DNA of 64,000 bases from Eledone cirrhosa (taxonomy: Eukaryota), in the NCBI GenBank assembly GCA_964016885.1, contig OZ024742.1, forward strand, positions 349,804,001-349,868,000, given 5' to 3'. A model generated the notes under the pieces. That model searched no databases. It saw nothing but the letters and a program-made list of their open reading frames with translations, and was not told the origin of the DNA. Below, piece after piece: positions 1 to 16,074 of the stretch (its first letter is position 1; each line of letters begins with the position of its first letter). The position numbers and the translations under genes are program-made.

Positions 1-3000
1 ACAGAGAGACATTAAAGAGAGAGACATTGAACAGAGAGACACTGAACAGAGAGACAGTGAACAGAGAGACATTGAACAGAGAGACACTGAACAGAGAGAC
101 ACTGAACAGGGAGACACTGTACAGAGAAACATTGAACAGAGAGACATTGAACAGAGAGACACTGAACAGAGACACACTGACCAGAGAGACATTGCAAGGA
201 GAGACATTGAACAGAGAGACATTGAAAAGAGAGACATTGAACAGAGAGACACTGAACAGAGAGACATTGAACAGGGAGACACTGTACTGAGAGACACTGA
301 ACAGACAGACACTGAACAGAGAGAGATTGAACAGAGAGACACTGAACAGAGAGACATTGAACAGAGAGACAATGAACAGACAGACATTGAACAGAGAGAC
401 ATTGAACAGAGAGACATTGAACAGAGAGACACTGTACAGAGAGACATTGAACAGAGAGACATTGAACAGAGAGACATTGAACAGAGTGACATTAAACAGA
501 GAGACATTGATCAGAGAGACAATGAACAGACAGACATTGAACAGAGAGACACTGAACAGAGAGACATTGAACAGAGAGACATTGAACAGAGAGACATTGA
601 ACAGAGAGACATTAAACAGAGAATCACTGAACAGAGAGACATTGAACAGAGAGACATTGAACAGAGAGACATTGAACAGAGAGACACTGAACAGAGAGAC
701 ATTGAACAGAGAGACATTGAACAGAGAGACATTGAACAGAGAGACACTGAACAGAGAGACATTGAACAGAGAGACACTGAACAGAGAGACATTGAACAGA
801 GAGACACTGAACAGAGAGACATTGAACAAAGAGACACTGAACAGAGAGACACTGAACAGAGAGACATTGAACAGTGAGACATTGAACAGAGAGACATTGA
901 ACAGAGAGACACTGAATTGAGAGACATTGAACAGAGAGACATTGAACAGAGAGACACTGAACAGAGAGACACTGAACAGAGAGACACTGAACAGAGAGAC
1001 ATTGAACAGAGAGACATTGAACAGAGAGACATTGAACAGAGAGACACTGAACAGAGAGACATTGAACAGAGAGACATTGCACAGAGAGCCATTGAACAGA
1101 GAGACATTGAACAGAGAGACACTGAACAGAGAGACATTGAACAGAGAGACATTGAACAGAGAGACACTGAACAGAGATACATTGAACAGTGAGACACTGT
1201 ACAGAGAGACATTGAACAGAGAGACACTGAATAGAGAGACATGAACAGAGAGACATTGAACAGAGAGACACTGAACAGAGAGACACTGAACAGAGAGACA
1301 TTGAACAGAGAGACATTGGACAGAGAGACACTGAACAGAGAGACATTGAACAGAGAGACACTGAACAGAGAGACACTGAACAGAGAGACATTGAACAGAC
1401 AGACATTGAACAGAGAGACACTGAACAGAGAGACACTGAACAGAGAGACACTGAACAGAGGGACACTGAACAGAGAGACACTGAACAGAGAGACACTGAA
1501 CAGAGAGACACTGAACAGAGAGACATTGAACAGAAAGACACTGAACAGAGAGACATTGAACAGTGAGACACTGTACAGAGAGACATTGAACAGAGAGACA
1601 CTGAATTGAGAGACATTGATCAGAGAGACATTGAACAGAGAGACAGTGAACAGAGAGACAGTGAACAGAGAGACACTGAACAGAGAGACATTGAACAGAG
1701 AGACATTGAACAGAGAGACATTGAACAGAGAGACACTGAACAGAGAGACATTGAACAGAGAGACATTGCACAGAGAGACATTGAACAGAGAGACATTGAA
1801 CAGAGAGACACTGAACAGAGAGACATTGAACAGAGAGACATTGAAAAGAGAGACACTGAACAGAGATACATTGAACAGTGAGACACTGTACAGAGAGACA
1901 TTGAACAGAGAGACACTGAATAGAGAGACATGAACAGAGAGACATTGAACAGAGAGACACTGAACAGAGAGACACTGAACAGAGAGACATTGAACAGAGA
2001 GACATTGAACAGAGAGACACTGAACAGAGAGACATTGAACAGAGAGACACTGAACAGAGAGACACTGAACAGAGAGACACTGAACAGAGAGACAATGAAC
2101 AGACAGACATTGAACAGAGAGACACTGAACAGAGAGACACTGAACAGAGAGACACTGAACAGAGGGACAGTGAACAGAGAGACACTGAACAGAGAGACAC
2201 TGAACAGAGAGACACTGAACAGAGAGACATTGAACAGAGAGACACTGAACAGAGAGACACTGAACAGAGAGACACTGAACAGAGGGACACTGAACAGAGA
2301 GACATTGAACAGAGAGACACTGAACAGAGAGACATTGAACAGAGAGAAACTGAACAGAGAGACATTGAACAGAGAGACACTGAACAGAGAGACATTGAAC
2401 AGAGAGACACTGAACAGAGAGATACTGAACAGAGAGACATTGAACAGAGAGACACTGAACAGAGAGACATTGAACAGAGAGACACTGAACAGAGAGACAC
2501 TGAACAGAGAGACATTGAACAGAGAGACACTGAACAGAGAGACACTGAACAGAGAGACACTGAACAGAGAGACAATGAACAGACAGACATTGAACAGAGA
2601 GACGTTGAACAGAGAGACATTAAACAGAGAGACACTTTACAGAGAGACATTGAACAGAGAGACATTGAACAGAGAGACATTGAACAGAGTGACATTAAAC
2701 AGAGAGACATTGATCAGAGAGACAATGAACAGACAGACATTAAACAGAGAGACACTGAACAGAGAGACATTGAACAGAGAGACATTGAACAGAGAGACAT
2801 TGAACAGAGAGACATTAAACAGAGAATCACTGAACAGAGAGACATTGAACAGAGAGACATTGAACAGAGAGACATTGAACAGAGAGACATTGAACAGAGA
2901 GACACTGAACAGAGAGACATTGAACAGAGAGACATTGAACAGAGAGACATTGAACAGAGAGACACTGAACAGAGAGACATTGAACAGAGAGACACTGAAC

Positions 3001-6000
3001 AGAGAGACATTGAACAGAGAGACACTGAACAGAGAGACATTGAACAGAGAGACACTGAACAGAGAGACACTGAATAGAGAGACATTGAACAGTGAGACAT
3101 TGAACAGAGAGACATTGAACAGAGAGACACTGAATTGAGAGACATTGAACAGAGAGACACTGAACAGAGAGACACTGAACAGAGAGACATTGAACAGAGA
3201 GACATTGAACAGAGAGACATTGAACAGAGAGACACTGAACAGAGAGACATTGAACAGAGAGACATTGCACAGAGAGACATTGAACAGAGAGACATTGAAC
3301 AGAGAGACACTGAACAGAGAGACATTTAACAGAGAGACATTGAACAGAGAGACACTGAACAGAGATACATTGAACAGTGAGACACTGTACAGAGAGACAT
3401 TGAACAGAGAGACACTGAATAGTGAGACATGAACAGAGAGACATTGAACAGAGAGACACTGAACAGAGAGACACTGAACATAGAGACATTGAACAGAGAG
3501 ACATTGGACAGAGAGACACTGAACAGAGAGACATTGAACAGAGAGACACTGAACAGAGAGACATTGAACAGAGAGACATCGAACAGAGAGATACTGAACA
3601 GAGAGACATTGAACAGAGAGACACTGAACAGAGAGACATTGAACAGAGAGACATTGAACAGAGAGACATTGAACAGAGAGACACTGAACAGAGAGACATT
3701 GAACAGAGAGACACTGAACAGAGAGACACTGAACAGATAGACACTGAACAGAGAGACATTGAACAGAGAGACACTGAACATAGAGACATTGAACAGAGAG
3801 ACATTAAAAAGACAGACATTGAACAGAGAGACACTGAACAGAGAGACACTGAACAGAGAGACACTGTACAGAGAGACATTGAACAGAGAGACATTGAACA
3901 GAGAGACACTGAACAGAGACACACTGAACAGAGAGACATTGCAAGGAGAGACATTGAACAGAGAGACATTGAAAATAGAGACATTGAACAGAGAGACACT
4001 GAACAGAGAGACATTGAACAGGGAGACACTGTACTGAGAGACACTGAACAGACAGACACTGAACAGAGAGAGATTGAACAGAGAGACACTGAACAGAGAG
4101 ACATTGAACAGAGAGACAATGAACAGACAGACATTGAACAGAGAGACATTGAACAGAGAGACATTGAACAGAGAGACACTGTACAGAGAGACATTGAACA
4201 GAGAGACATTGAACAGAGAGACATTGAACAGAGAGACATTAAACAGAGAGACATTGATCAGAGAGACAATGAACAGACAGACATTGAACAGAGAGACATT
4301 GAACAGAGAGACACTGAACAGAGAGACATTGATCAGAGAGACATTGAACAGAGAGACGTTGAACAGAGAGACATTGAACAGAGAGACACTGAACGGAGAG
4401 ACATTGAACAGAGAGACATTGAACAGAGAGACATTGAACAGAGAGACACTGAACAGAGAGACATTGAACAGAGAGACATCGAACAGAGAGATACTGAACA
4501 GAGAGACATAGAACAGAGAGACACTGAACAGAGAGACGTTGAACAGAGAGATACTGAACAGAGAGACATTGAACAGAGAGACATTGAACAGAGAGACACT
4601 GAACAGAGAGACATTGAACAGAGAGACATTGAACAGAGAGACATTGAACAGAGAGACACTGAACAGAGAGACATTGAACAGAAAGACACTGAACAGAGAG
4701 ACATTGAACAGTGAGACACTGTACAGAGAGACATTGAACAGAGAGACACTGAATTGAGAGACATTGAACAGAGAGACAGTGAACAGAGAGACAGTGAACA
4801 GAGAGACACTGAACAGAGAGACATTGAACAGAGAGACATTGAACAGAGAGACATTGAACAGAGAGACACTGAACAGAGAGACATTGCACAGAGAGACATT
4901 GCACAGAGAGACATTGAACAGAGAGACATTGAACAGAGAGACACTGAACAGAGAGACATTGAACAGAGAGACATTGAAAAGAGAGACACTGAACAGAGAT
5001 ACATTGAACAGTGAGACACTGTACAGAGAGACATTAAACAGAGAGACACTGAATAGAGAGACATGAACAGAGAGACATTGAACAGAGAGACACTGAACAG
5101 AGAGACACTGAACAGAGAGACATTGAACAGAGAGACATTGAACAGAGAGACACTGAACAGAGAGACATTGAACAGAGAGACACTGAACAGAGAGACACTG
5201 AACAGAGAGACACTGAACAGAGAGACATTGAACAGACAGACATTGAACAGAGAGACACTGAACAGAGAGACACTGAACAGAGAGACACTGAACAGAGGGA
5301 CAGTGAACAGAGAGACACTGAACAGAGAGACACTGAACAGAGAGACACTGAACAGAGAGACATTGAACAGAGAGACACTGAACAGAGAGACACTGAACAG
5401 AGAGACACTGAACAGAGGGACACTGAACAGAGAGACATTGAACAGAGAGACACTGAACAGAGAGACATTGAACAGAGAGAAACTGAACAGAGAGACATTG
5501 AACAGAGAGACACTGAACAGAGAGACATTGAACAGAGAGACACTGAACAGAGAGACACTGAACAGAGAGACATTGAACAGAGAGACACTGAACAGAGAGA
5601 CATTGAACAGAGAGACACTGAACAGAGAGACACTGAACAGAGAGACATTGAACAGAGAGACACTGAACAGAGAGACACTGAACAGAGAGACACTGAACAG
5701 AGAGACAATGAACAGACAGACATTGAACAGAGAGACGTTGAACAGAGAGACATTGAACAGAGAGACACTTTACAGAGAGACATTGAACAGAGAGACATTG
5801 AACAGAGAGACATTGAACAGAGTGACATTAAACAGAGAGACATTGATCAGAGAGACAATGAACAGACAGACATTGAACAGAGAGACACTGAACAGAGAGA
5901 CATTGAACAGAGAGACATTGAACAGAGAGACATTGAACAGAGAGACATTAAACAGAGAATCACTGAACAGAGAGACATTGAACAGAGAGACATTGAACAG

Positions 6001-9000
6001 AGAGACATTGAACAGAGAGACATTGAACAGAGAGACACTGAACAGAGAGACATTGAACAGAGAGACATAGAACAGAGAGACATTGAACAGAGAGACACTG
6101 AACAGAGAGACATTGAACAGAGAGACACTGAACAGAGAGACATTGAACAGAGAGACACTGAACAGAGAGACATTGAACAGAGAGACACTGAACAGAGAGA
6201 CACTGAACAGAGAGACATTGAACAGTGAGACATTGAACAGAGAGACATTGAACAGAGAGACACTGAATTGAGAGACATTGAACAGAGAGACATTGAACAG
6301 AGAGACACTGAACAGAGAGACACTGAACAGAGAGACACTGAACAGAGAGACATTGAACAGAGAGACATTGAACAGAGAGACATTGAACAGAGAGACACTG
6401 AACAGAGAGACATTGAACAGAGAGACATTGCACAGAGAGACATTGAACAGAGAGACATTGAACAGAGAGACACTGAACAGAGAGACATTTAACAGAGAGA
6501 CATTGAACAGAGAGACACTGAACAGAGATACATTGAACAGTGAGACACTGTACAGAGAGACATTGAACAGAGAGACACTGAATAGTGAGACATGAACAGA
6601 GAGACATTGAACAGAGAGACACTGAACAGAGAGACACTGAACAGAGAGACATTGAACAGAGAGACATTGGACAGAGAGACACTGAACAGAGAGACATTGA
6701 ACAGAGAGACACTGAACAGAGAGACATTGAACAGAGAGACATCGAACAGAGAGATACTGAACAGAGAGACATTGAACGGAGAGACACTGAACAGAGAGAC
6801 ATTGAACAGAGAGACATTGAACAGAGAGTCATTGAACAGAGAGACACTGAACAGAGAGACATTGAACAGAGAGACACTGAACAGAGAGACACTGAACAGA
6901 TAGACACTGAACAGAGAGACATTGAACAGAGAGACACTGAACATAGAGACATTGAACAGAGAGACATTAAAAAGAGAGACATTGAACAGAGAGACACTGA
7001 ACAGAGAGACACTGTACAGAGAGACATTGAACAGAGAGACATTGAACAGAGAGACACTGAACAGAGACACACTGAACAGAGAGACATTGCAAGGAGAGAC
7101 ATTGAACAGAGAGACATTGAAAATAGAGACATTGAACAGAGGGACACTGAATAGAGAGACATTGAACAGGGAGGCACTGTACTGAGAGACACTGAACAGA
7201 CAGACACTGAACAGAGAGAGATTGAACAGAGAGACACTGAACAGAGAGACATTGAACAGAGAGACAATGAACAGGCAGACATTGAACAGAGAGACATTGA
7301 ACAGAGAGACATTGAACAGAGAGACACTGTACAGAGAGACATTGAACAGAGAGACATTGAACAGAGAGACATTGAACAGAGAGACATTAAACAGAGAGAC
7401 ATTGATCAGAGAGACAATGAACAGACAGACATTGAACAGAGAGACATTGAACAGAGAGACACTGAACAGAGAGACATTGATCAGAGAGACATTGAACAGA
7501 GAGACGTTGAACAGAGAGACATTGAACAGAGAGACACTGAACAGAGAGACATTGAACAGAGAGACATTGAACAGAGAGACATTGAACAGAGAGACACTGA
7601 ACAGAGAGACATTGAACAGAGAGACATCGAACAGAGAGATACTGAACTGAGAGACATTGAACAGAGAGACATTGAACAGAGAGACATTGAACAGAGAGAC
7701 ACTGAACAGAGAGACACTGTACAGATAGACATTGAACAGAGAGACATTGAACAGAGAGACACTGTACAGAGAGACATTGAACAGAGAGACATTGAACAGA
7801 GAGACACTGAACAGAGAGACATTGAACAGAGAGACACTGAACAGAGAGACACTGAACAGAGAGACACTGTACAGAGAGACATTGAACAGAGAGACATTGA
7901 ACAGAGAGACACTGAACAGAGAGACATTGAACAGAGAGACATTGAACAGAGAGACATTGAACAGAGAGACATTGAACAGAGAGACACTGAACAGAGAAAC
8001 ACTGCACGGAGAGACATTGAACAGAGCGACATTGAACAGAGAGACACTGCACAGAGAGACATTGAACAGAGAGACACTGAACAGAGACACACTGAACAGC
8101 GAGACATTGAACAGAGAGACACTGAACAGAGAGGCATTGAACAGAGAGACATTGAACAGAGAGACACTGAACAGAGAGACATTGAACAGAGAGACACTGA
8201 ACAGAGAGACATTGAACAGAGAGACACTGAACAGAGTGACACTGAACAGAGAGACATTGAACAGAGAGACATTGAACAGAGAGACACTGAACAGAGAGAC
8301 ATTGAACAGAGAGACATTGAACAGAGAGACACTGAACAGAGAGTCATTGAACAGAGAGACACTGAACAGAGAGACATTGAACAGAGAGACATTGAACAGA
8401 GAGACATTGAACAGAAAGACATTGAACAGAGAGACATTTAACAGAGAGACATTGATCAGAGAGACACTGAACAGAGAGACACTGAACAGAGAGGCATTGA
8501 AAAGAGAGACACTGAACAGAGAGACACTGAACAGAGAGACACTGAACAGAGAGACATTGAACAGAGAGACACTGAACAGAGAGACATTGAACAGAGAGAC
8601 ATTAAAGAAAGAGACATTGAACAGAGAGACACTGAACAGAGAGACACTGAACAGAGAGACATTGAACAGAGAGACACTGAACAGAGAGACACTGAACAGG
8701 GAGACGCTGTACAGAGAAACATTGAACAGAGAGACATTGAACAGAGAGACACTGAACAGAGACACACTGAAATCAGAGACATTGCAAGGAGAGACATTGA
8801 ACAGAGAGTCATTGAAAAGAGAGACATTGAACAGAGAGACACTGAACAGAGAGACATTGAACAGGGAGACACTGCACTGAGAGACACTGAACAGACAGAC
8901 ACTGAACAGAGAGAGATTGAACAGAGAGACACTGAACAGAGAGACATTGAACAGAGAGATAATGAACAGACAGACATTGAACAGAGAGACATTGAACAGA

Positions 9001-12000
9001 GAGACATTGAACAGAGTGACATTAAACAGAGAGACACTGAACAGAGAGACATTGAACAGAGAGACATTGAACAGAGAGACATTGAACAGAGAGACACTGA
9101 ACAGAGAGACATTGAACAGAGAGACATTGAACAGAGAGACATTGAACAGAGAGACACTGAACAGAGAGACATTGAACAGAGAGACACTGAACAGAGAGAC
9201 ATTGAACAGAGAGACACTGAACAGAGAGACATTGAACAGAGAGACACTGAACAGAGAGACACTGAACAGAGAGACATTGAACAGTGAGACACTGTACAGA
9301 GAGACATTGAACAGAGAGACACTGAATTGAGAGACATTGAACAGAGAGTCATTGAACAGAGAGACACTGAACAGAGAGACACTGTACAGAGAGACACTGA
9401 ACAGAGAGACATTGAACAGAGAGACACTGAACAGAGATACATTGAACAGTGAGACACTGTACAGAGAGACATTGAACAGAGAGACACTGAATAGTGAGAC
9501 ATGAACAGAGAGACATTGAACAGAGAGACACTGAACAGAGAGACACTGAACAGAGAGACATTGAACAGAGAGACATTGGACAGAGAGACACTGAACAGAG
9601 AGACATTGAACAGAGAGACACTGAACAGAGAGACATTGAACAGAGAGACATCGAACAGAGAGATACTGAACAGAGAGACATTGAACGGAGAGACACTGAA
9701 CAGAGAGACATTGAACAGAGAGACATTGAACAGAGAGTCATTGAACAGAGAGACACTGAACAGAGAGACATTGAACAGAGAGACACTGAACAGAGAGACA
9801 CTGAACAGATAGACACTGAACAGAGAGACATTGAACAGAGAGACACTGAACATAGAGACATTGAACAGAGAGACATTAAAAAGAGAGACATTGAACAGAG
9901 AGACACTGAACAGAGAGACACTGTACAGAGAGACATTGAACAGAGAGACATTGAACAGAGAGACACTGAACAGAGACACACTGAACAGAGAGACATTGCA
10001 AGGAGAGACATTGAACAGAGAGACATTGAAAATAGAGACATTGAACAGAGGGACACTGAATAGAGAGACATTGAACAGGGAGGCACTGTACTGAGAGACA
10101 CTGAACAGACAGACACTGAACAGAGAGAGATTGAACAGAGAGACACTGAACAGAGAGACATTGAACAGAGAGACAATGAACAGGCAGACATTGAACAGAG
10201 AGACATTGAACAGAGAGACATTGAACAGAGAGACACTGTACAGAGAGACATTGAACAGAGAGACATTGAACAGAGAGACATTGAACAGAGAGACATTAAA
10301 CAGAGAGACATTGATCAGAGAGACAATGAACAGACAGACATTGAACAGAGAGACATTGAACAGAGAGACACTGAACAGAGAGACATTGATCAGAGAGACA
10401 TTGAACAGAGAGACGTTGAACAGAGAGACATTGAACAGAGAGACACTGAACAGAGAGACATTGAACAGAGAGACATTGAACAGAGAGACATTGAACAGAG
10501 AGACACTGAACAGAGAGACATTGAACAGAGAGACATCGAACAGAGAGATACTGAACAGAGAGACATTGAACAGAGAGACATTGAACAGAGAGACATTGAA
10601 CAGAGAGACACTGAACAGAGAGACACTGTACAGATAGACATTGAACAGAGAGACATTGAACAGAGAGACACTGTACAGAGAGACATTGAACAGAGAGACA
10701 TTGAACAGAGAGACACTGAACAGAGAGACATTGAACAGAGAGACACTGAACAGAGAGACACTGAACAGAGAGACACTGTACAGAGAGACATTGAACAGAG
10801 AGACATTGAACAGAGAGACACTGAACAGAGAGACATTGAACAGAGAGACATTGAACAGAGAGACATTGAACAGAGAGACATTGAACAGAGAGACACTGAA
10901 CAGAGAAACACTGCACGGAGAGACATTGAACAGAGCGACATTGAACAGAGAGACACTGCACAGAGAGACATTGAACAGAGAGACACTGAACAGAGACACA
11001 CTGAACAGCGAGACATTGAACAGAGAGACACTGAACAGAGAGGCATTGAACAGAGAGACATTGAACAGAGAGACACTGAACAGAGAGACATTGAACAGAG
11101 AGACACTGAACAGAGAGACATTGAACAGAGAGACACTGAACAGAGTGACACTGAACAGAGAGACATTGAACAGAGAGACATTGAACAGAGAGACACTGAA
11201 CAGAGAGACATTGAACAGAGAGACATTGAACAGAGAGACACTGAACAGAGAGTCATTGAACAGAGAGACACTGAACAGAGAGACATTGAACAGAGAGACA
11301 TTGAACAGAGAGACATTGAACAGAAAGACATTGAACAGAGAGACATTTAACAGAGAGACATTGATCAGAGAGACACTGAACAGAGAGACACTGAACAGAG
11401 AGGCATTGAAAAGAGAGACACTGAACAGAGAGACACTGAACAGAGAGACACTGAACAGAGAGACATTGAACAGAGAGACACTGAACAGAGAGACATTGAA
11501 CAGAGAGACATTAAAGAAAGAGACATTGAACAGAGAGACACTGAACAGAGAGACACTGAACAGAGAGACATTGAACAGAGAGACACTGAACAGAGAGACA
11601 CTGAACAGGGAGACGCTGTACAGAGAAACATTGAACAGAGAGACATTGAACAGAGAGACACTGAACAGAGACACACTGAAATCAGAGACATTGCAAGGAG
11701 AGACATTGAACAGAGAGTCATTGAAAAGAGAGACATTGAACAGAGAGACACTGAACAGAGAGACATTGAACAGGGAGACACTGCACTGAGAGACACTGAA
11801 CAGACAGACACTGAACAGAGAGAGATTGAACAGAGAGACACTGAACAGAGAGACATTGAACAGAGAGATAATGAACAGACAGACATTGAACAGAGAGACA
11901 TTGAACAGAGAGACATTGAACAGAGTGACATTAAACAGAGAGACACTGAACAGAGAGACATTGAACAGAGAGACATTGAACAGAGAGACATTGAACAGAG

Positions 12001-14773
12001 AGACACTGAACAGAGAGACATTGAACAGAGAGACATTGAACAGAGAGACATTGAACAGAGAGACACTGAACAGAGAGACATTGAACAGAGAGACACTGAA
12101 CAGAGAGACATTGAACAGAGAGACACTGAACAGAGAGACATTGAACAGAGAGACACTGAACAGAGAGACACTGAACAGAGAGACATTGAACAGTGAGACA
12201 CTGTACAGAGAGACATTGAACAGAGAGACACTGAATTGAGAGACATTGAACAGAGAGTCATTGAACAGAGAGACACTGAACAGAGAGACACTGTACAGAG
12301 AGACACTGAACAGAGAGACATTGAACAGAGAGACATTGAACAGAGAGACATTGAACAGAGAGACACTGAACAGAGAGACATTGAACAGAGAGATATTGAA
12401 CAGAGAGACATTGAACAGAGAGACATTGAACAGAGAGACACTGAACAGAGATACATTGAACAGTGAGACACTGTACAGAGAGACATTGAACAGAGAGACA
12501 CTGAATAGAGAGACATGAACAGAGAGACATTAAAGAGAGAGACATTGAACAGAGAGACACTGAACAGAGAGACACTGAACAGAGAGACATTGAACAGAGA
12601 GACACTGAACAGAGAGACACTGAACAGGGAGACACTGTACAGAGAAACATTGAACAGAGAGACATTGAACAGAGAGACACTGAACAGAGACACACCGAAC
12701 AGAGAGACATTGCAAGGAGAGACATTGAACAGAGAGACATTGAAAAGAGAGACATTGAACAGAGAGACACTGAAAAGAGAGACATTGAACAGGGAGACAC
12801 TGTACTGAGAGACACTGAACAGACAGACACTGAACAGAGAGAGATTGAACAGAGAGACACTGAACAGAGAGACATTGAACAGAGAGACAATGAACAGACA
12901 GACATTGAACAGAGAGACATTGAACAGAGAGACATTGAACAGAGAGACACTGTACAGAGAGACATTGAACAGAGAGACATTGAACAGAGAGACATCGAAC
13001 AGAGAGACATTAAACAGAGAGACATTGATCAGAGAGACAATGAACAGACAGACATTGAACAGAGAGACACTGAACAGAGAGACATTGAACAGAGAGACAT
13101 TGAACAGAGAGACATTGAACAGAGAGACATTAAACAGAGAGACACTGAACAGAGAGACATTGAACAGAGAGACATTGAACAGAGAGACATTGAACAGAGA
13201 GACATTGAACAGAGAGACACTGAACAGAGAGACATTGAACAGAGAGACACTGAACAGAGAGACATTGAACAGAGAGACACTGAACAGAGAGACATTGAAC
13301 AGAGAGACACTGAACAGAGAGACACTGAACAGAGAGACATTGAACAGTGAGACACTGTACAGAGAGACATTGAACAGAGAGACACTGAATTGAGAGACAT
13401 TGAACAGAGAGACATTGAACAGAGAGACACTGAACAGAGAGACACTGTACAGAGAGACACTGAACAGAGAGACATTGAACTGAGAGACATTGAACAGAGA
13501 GACATTGAACAGAGAGACACTGAACAGAGAGACATTGAACAGAGAGATATTGAACAGAGAGACATTGAACAGAGAGACATTGAACAGAGAGACACTGAAC
13601 AGAGATACATTGAACAGTGAGACACTGTACAGAGAGACATTGAACAGAGAGACACTGAATAGAGAGACGTGAACAGAGAGACATTGAACAGAGAGACACT
13701 GAACAGAGAGACACTGAACAGAGAGACATTGAACAGAGAGACATTGAACAGAGAGACACTGAACAGAGAGACACTGAACAGAGAGACACTGAACAGACAG
13801 ACATTGAACAGAGAGACACTGAACAGAGAGACACTGAACAGAGAGACACTGAACAGAGGCACACTGAACAGAGAGACACTGAACAGAGAGACACTGAACA
13901 GAGAGACACTGAACAGAGAGACATTGAACAGAGAGACATCGAACAGAGAGATACTGAACAGAGAGACATTGAACAGAGAGACACTGAACAGAGAGACATT
14001 GAACAGAGAGACATTGAACAGAGAGACATTGAACAGAGAGACACTGAACAGAGAGACATTGAACAGAGAGACACTGAACAGAGAGACACTGAACAGATAG
14101 ACACTGAACAGAGAGACATTGAACAGAGAGACACTGAACATAGAGACATTGAACAGAGAGACATTGAACAGAGAGACACTGAACAGAGAGACACTGAACA
14201 GAGAGACATTGAACAGAGAGACATTGAACAGGGAGACATTGAACAGAGAGACATTGAACAGAGAGACACTGAACAGAGAGACATTGAACAGAGAGACATT
14301 GAACAGAGAGACATTGAACAGAGAGACACTGAACAGAGAGACATTGAACAGAGAGACATTGAACAGAGAGACATTGAACAGAGAGACATTGATCAGAGAG
14401 ACACTGAACAGAGAGACACTGAACAGAGAGACATTGAACAGAGAGACATTGAACAAAGAGACACTGAACAGAGAGACACTGAACAGAGCGACATTGAACA
14501 GAGAGACATTGAACAGAGAGACACTGAACAGAGAGACATTGAACAGAGAGACATTTAACAGAGAGACATTGATCAGCGAGACACTGAACAGAGAGACACT
14601 GAACAGAGAGGCATTGAAAAGAGAGACATTGAACAGAGAGACATTGAACAGAGAGACACTGAACAGAGAGACACTGAACAGAGAGACATTGAACAAAGAG
14701 ACACTGAACAGAGAGACATTGAACAGAGAGACACTGAACAGAGAGACATTGAACAGAGAGACACTGAACAGAG
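1..14773. repeat. 15-bp tandem satellite, consensus ACAGAGAGACA(C/T)TGA, open at the window start
   Basis: Directly visible 15-bp period, ending at ...acactgaacagag|tagcttc (~14773). Roughly 980 units by length/15, with occasional 14-bp units. Confidence 0.98.
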
Positions 14774-15547
14774 TAGCTTCACTCCACAGAAAGCGAGTCA
14801 GCGGCCTGCTGAACCTCTGGTCTCGAGACAAACTTGAGACATTAGATTTATAATACGCAACAGTCTCACCTGGTTGGGTGGGTCAGCGAAAACATTCGTT
14901 TTCCAGACTTGTGAAAACACTTTAATGATTGTATTCACCAGTTCTATAGCGTGAACATGAACAACATCCTGAACAAAAGGACTAAAGACGACCACTTCAT
15001 CTCGATAAGGATTGACCAGGAAAGCAGAGCTCATCGATCGTGTCGGAAAAGAAACGAGCTATTACATATTGGCAAACAGCAAATCGTTTTATTCTAGTAC
15101 AACATCGATAGTAAAGTGTTTTGCTTATGGACACAAAGCCGCGCCAATGAGAAGACATGAACTGAAACGAAAGATAAAAATCGATTGGCGTCCAATGATA
15201 TCTGATTGTGTTCAGCCAACCACGATACACAGAACTAAATACCATAAAGTCATTTAGATTAAGCTAGCCATAACAAACTCGTTATTCAACAAGTCATTAC
15301 TAGAAATCTACTAGATTCATGTTCCATGATTATAATTTTTAAATCAGTTTATCTTCTGTAGTTATATATAATTGTTGGGTTAATAGTTAGTTGTTAATAT
15401 TTATAGTTTTATCTGTGTATGTACCGTAGTTTATATATATATAATAATATGGCCTCAGCCGGATGGCTGAAACAGGTAAAAGAGTAAAAGAGTATATATA
15501 TATATATATATATATATAAATGGTTACACAACAGTTAGTTCACCATA

Positions 15548-15587
15548 CCGAGAACAATTGTTTCACCTCTGCGGATCTTCAGCTCGG
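15548..15587 (-). ncRNA. Minimal type-I hammerhead ribozyme fold (PLE-like), next to (TA)n
   Basis: Minus strand reads ccgag-CTGAAGA-tccgcagaggt-GAAA-caattg-TT-ctcgg: perfect 5-bp stem I, core boxes, palindromic stem III (CAATTG), GUU cleavage triplet. Confidence 0.7.
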
Positions 15588-16074
15588 GATGTATATGGTT
15601 ATAGGAACAGGAAGGACAACCGTACGAACGCGCATGCGCAGAAACTCGGTCACTTCACACAGGCAATAGTAGACTGCGCGCGGGAGGTGTAAGGGAGATA
15701 ACTGCGAAAGTCCGGAAAGTTTTTCGGTTGAAAATAAAATATATTTGTTAGTTTAATATTAAGTTGTGAATATTTGTGGTTTTATTATACTTTCCACCCT
15801 GCCTACTTTTCATTGCCGACAGTAAACCAACATGGACTTAAATTGGAAGATGAGCAATTTAGAAGATTCGCAGATTATGAGATGAGATAATTACTTGATA
15901 ACAATTAGCACGAAAGGATTGTTATAAAGTATTAATGGATATTTGATGATGAATTTATCTTATCTGGAGATCTGCTGCTAATCTATACAATGGAAAAAGA
16001 CATTAACATGTATGGACGTACACCAAACACGCCCACATATTCCCACATGAATGTTTTAGAGAAATCAAAGACCC

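Noticed and set aside
1-14773. CRISPR-like array
   Set aside because: There are no unique spacers, the context is eukaryotic, and it is a pure tandem satellite.
1-14853. Dozens of long ORFs (NRETL, EQRDI, SLCSM, SVQCL, VSLFN repeats)
   Set aside because: A 15-bp unit lacks stops in five of six frames. ORFs are open on both strands and 14-bp units shift frame freely, so there is no evidence of coding.
14798-15257. Short ORFs after the satellite; one minus frame reads SDIIGRQSIFI, loosely like a transporter motif
   Set aside because: Multiple stops and no further recognisable motifs; cannot be supported without a search.
15450-15492. agccggatggctGAAAcaggTA as a half hammerhead
   Set aside because: No CUGANGA box or stem III; more likely a SINE 3' tail ending in (GTAAAAGA) repeats.
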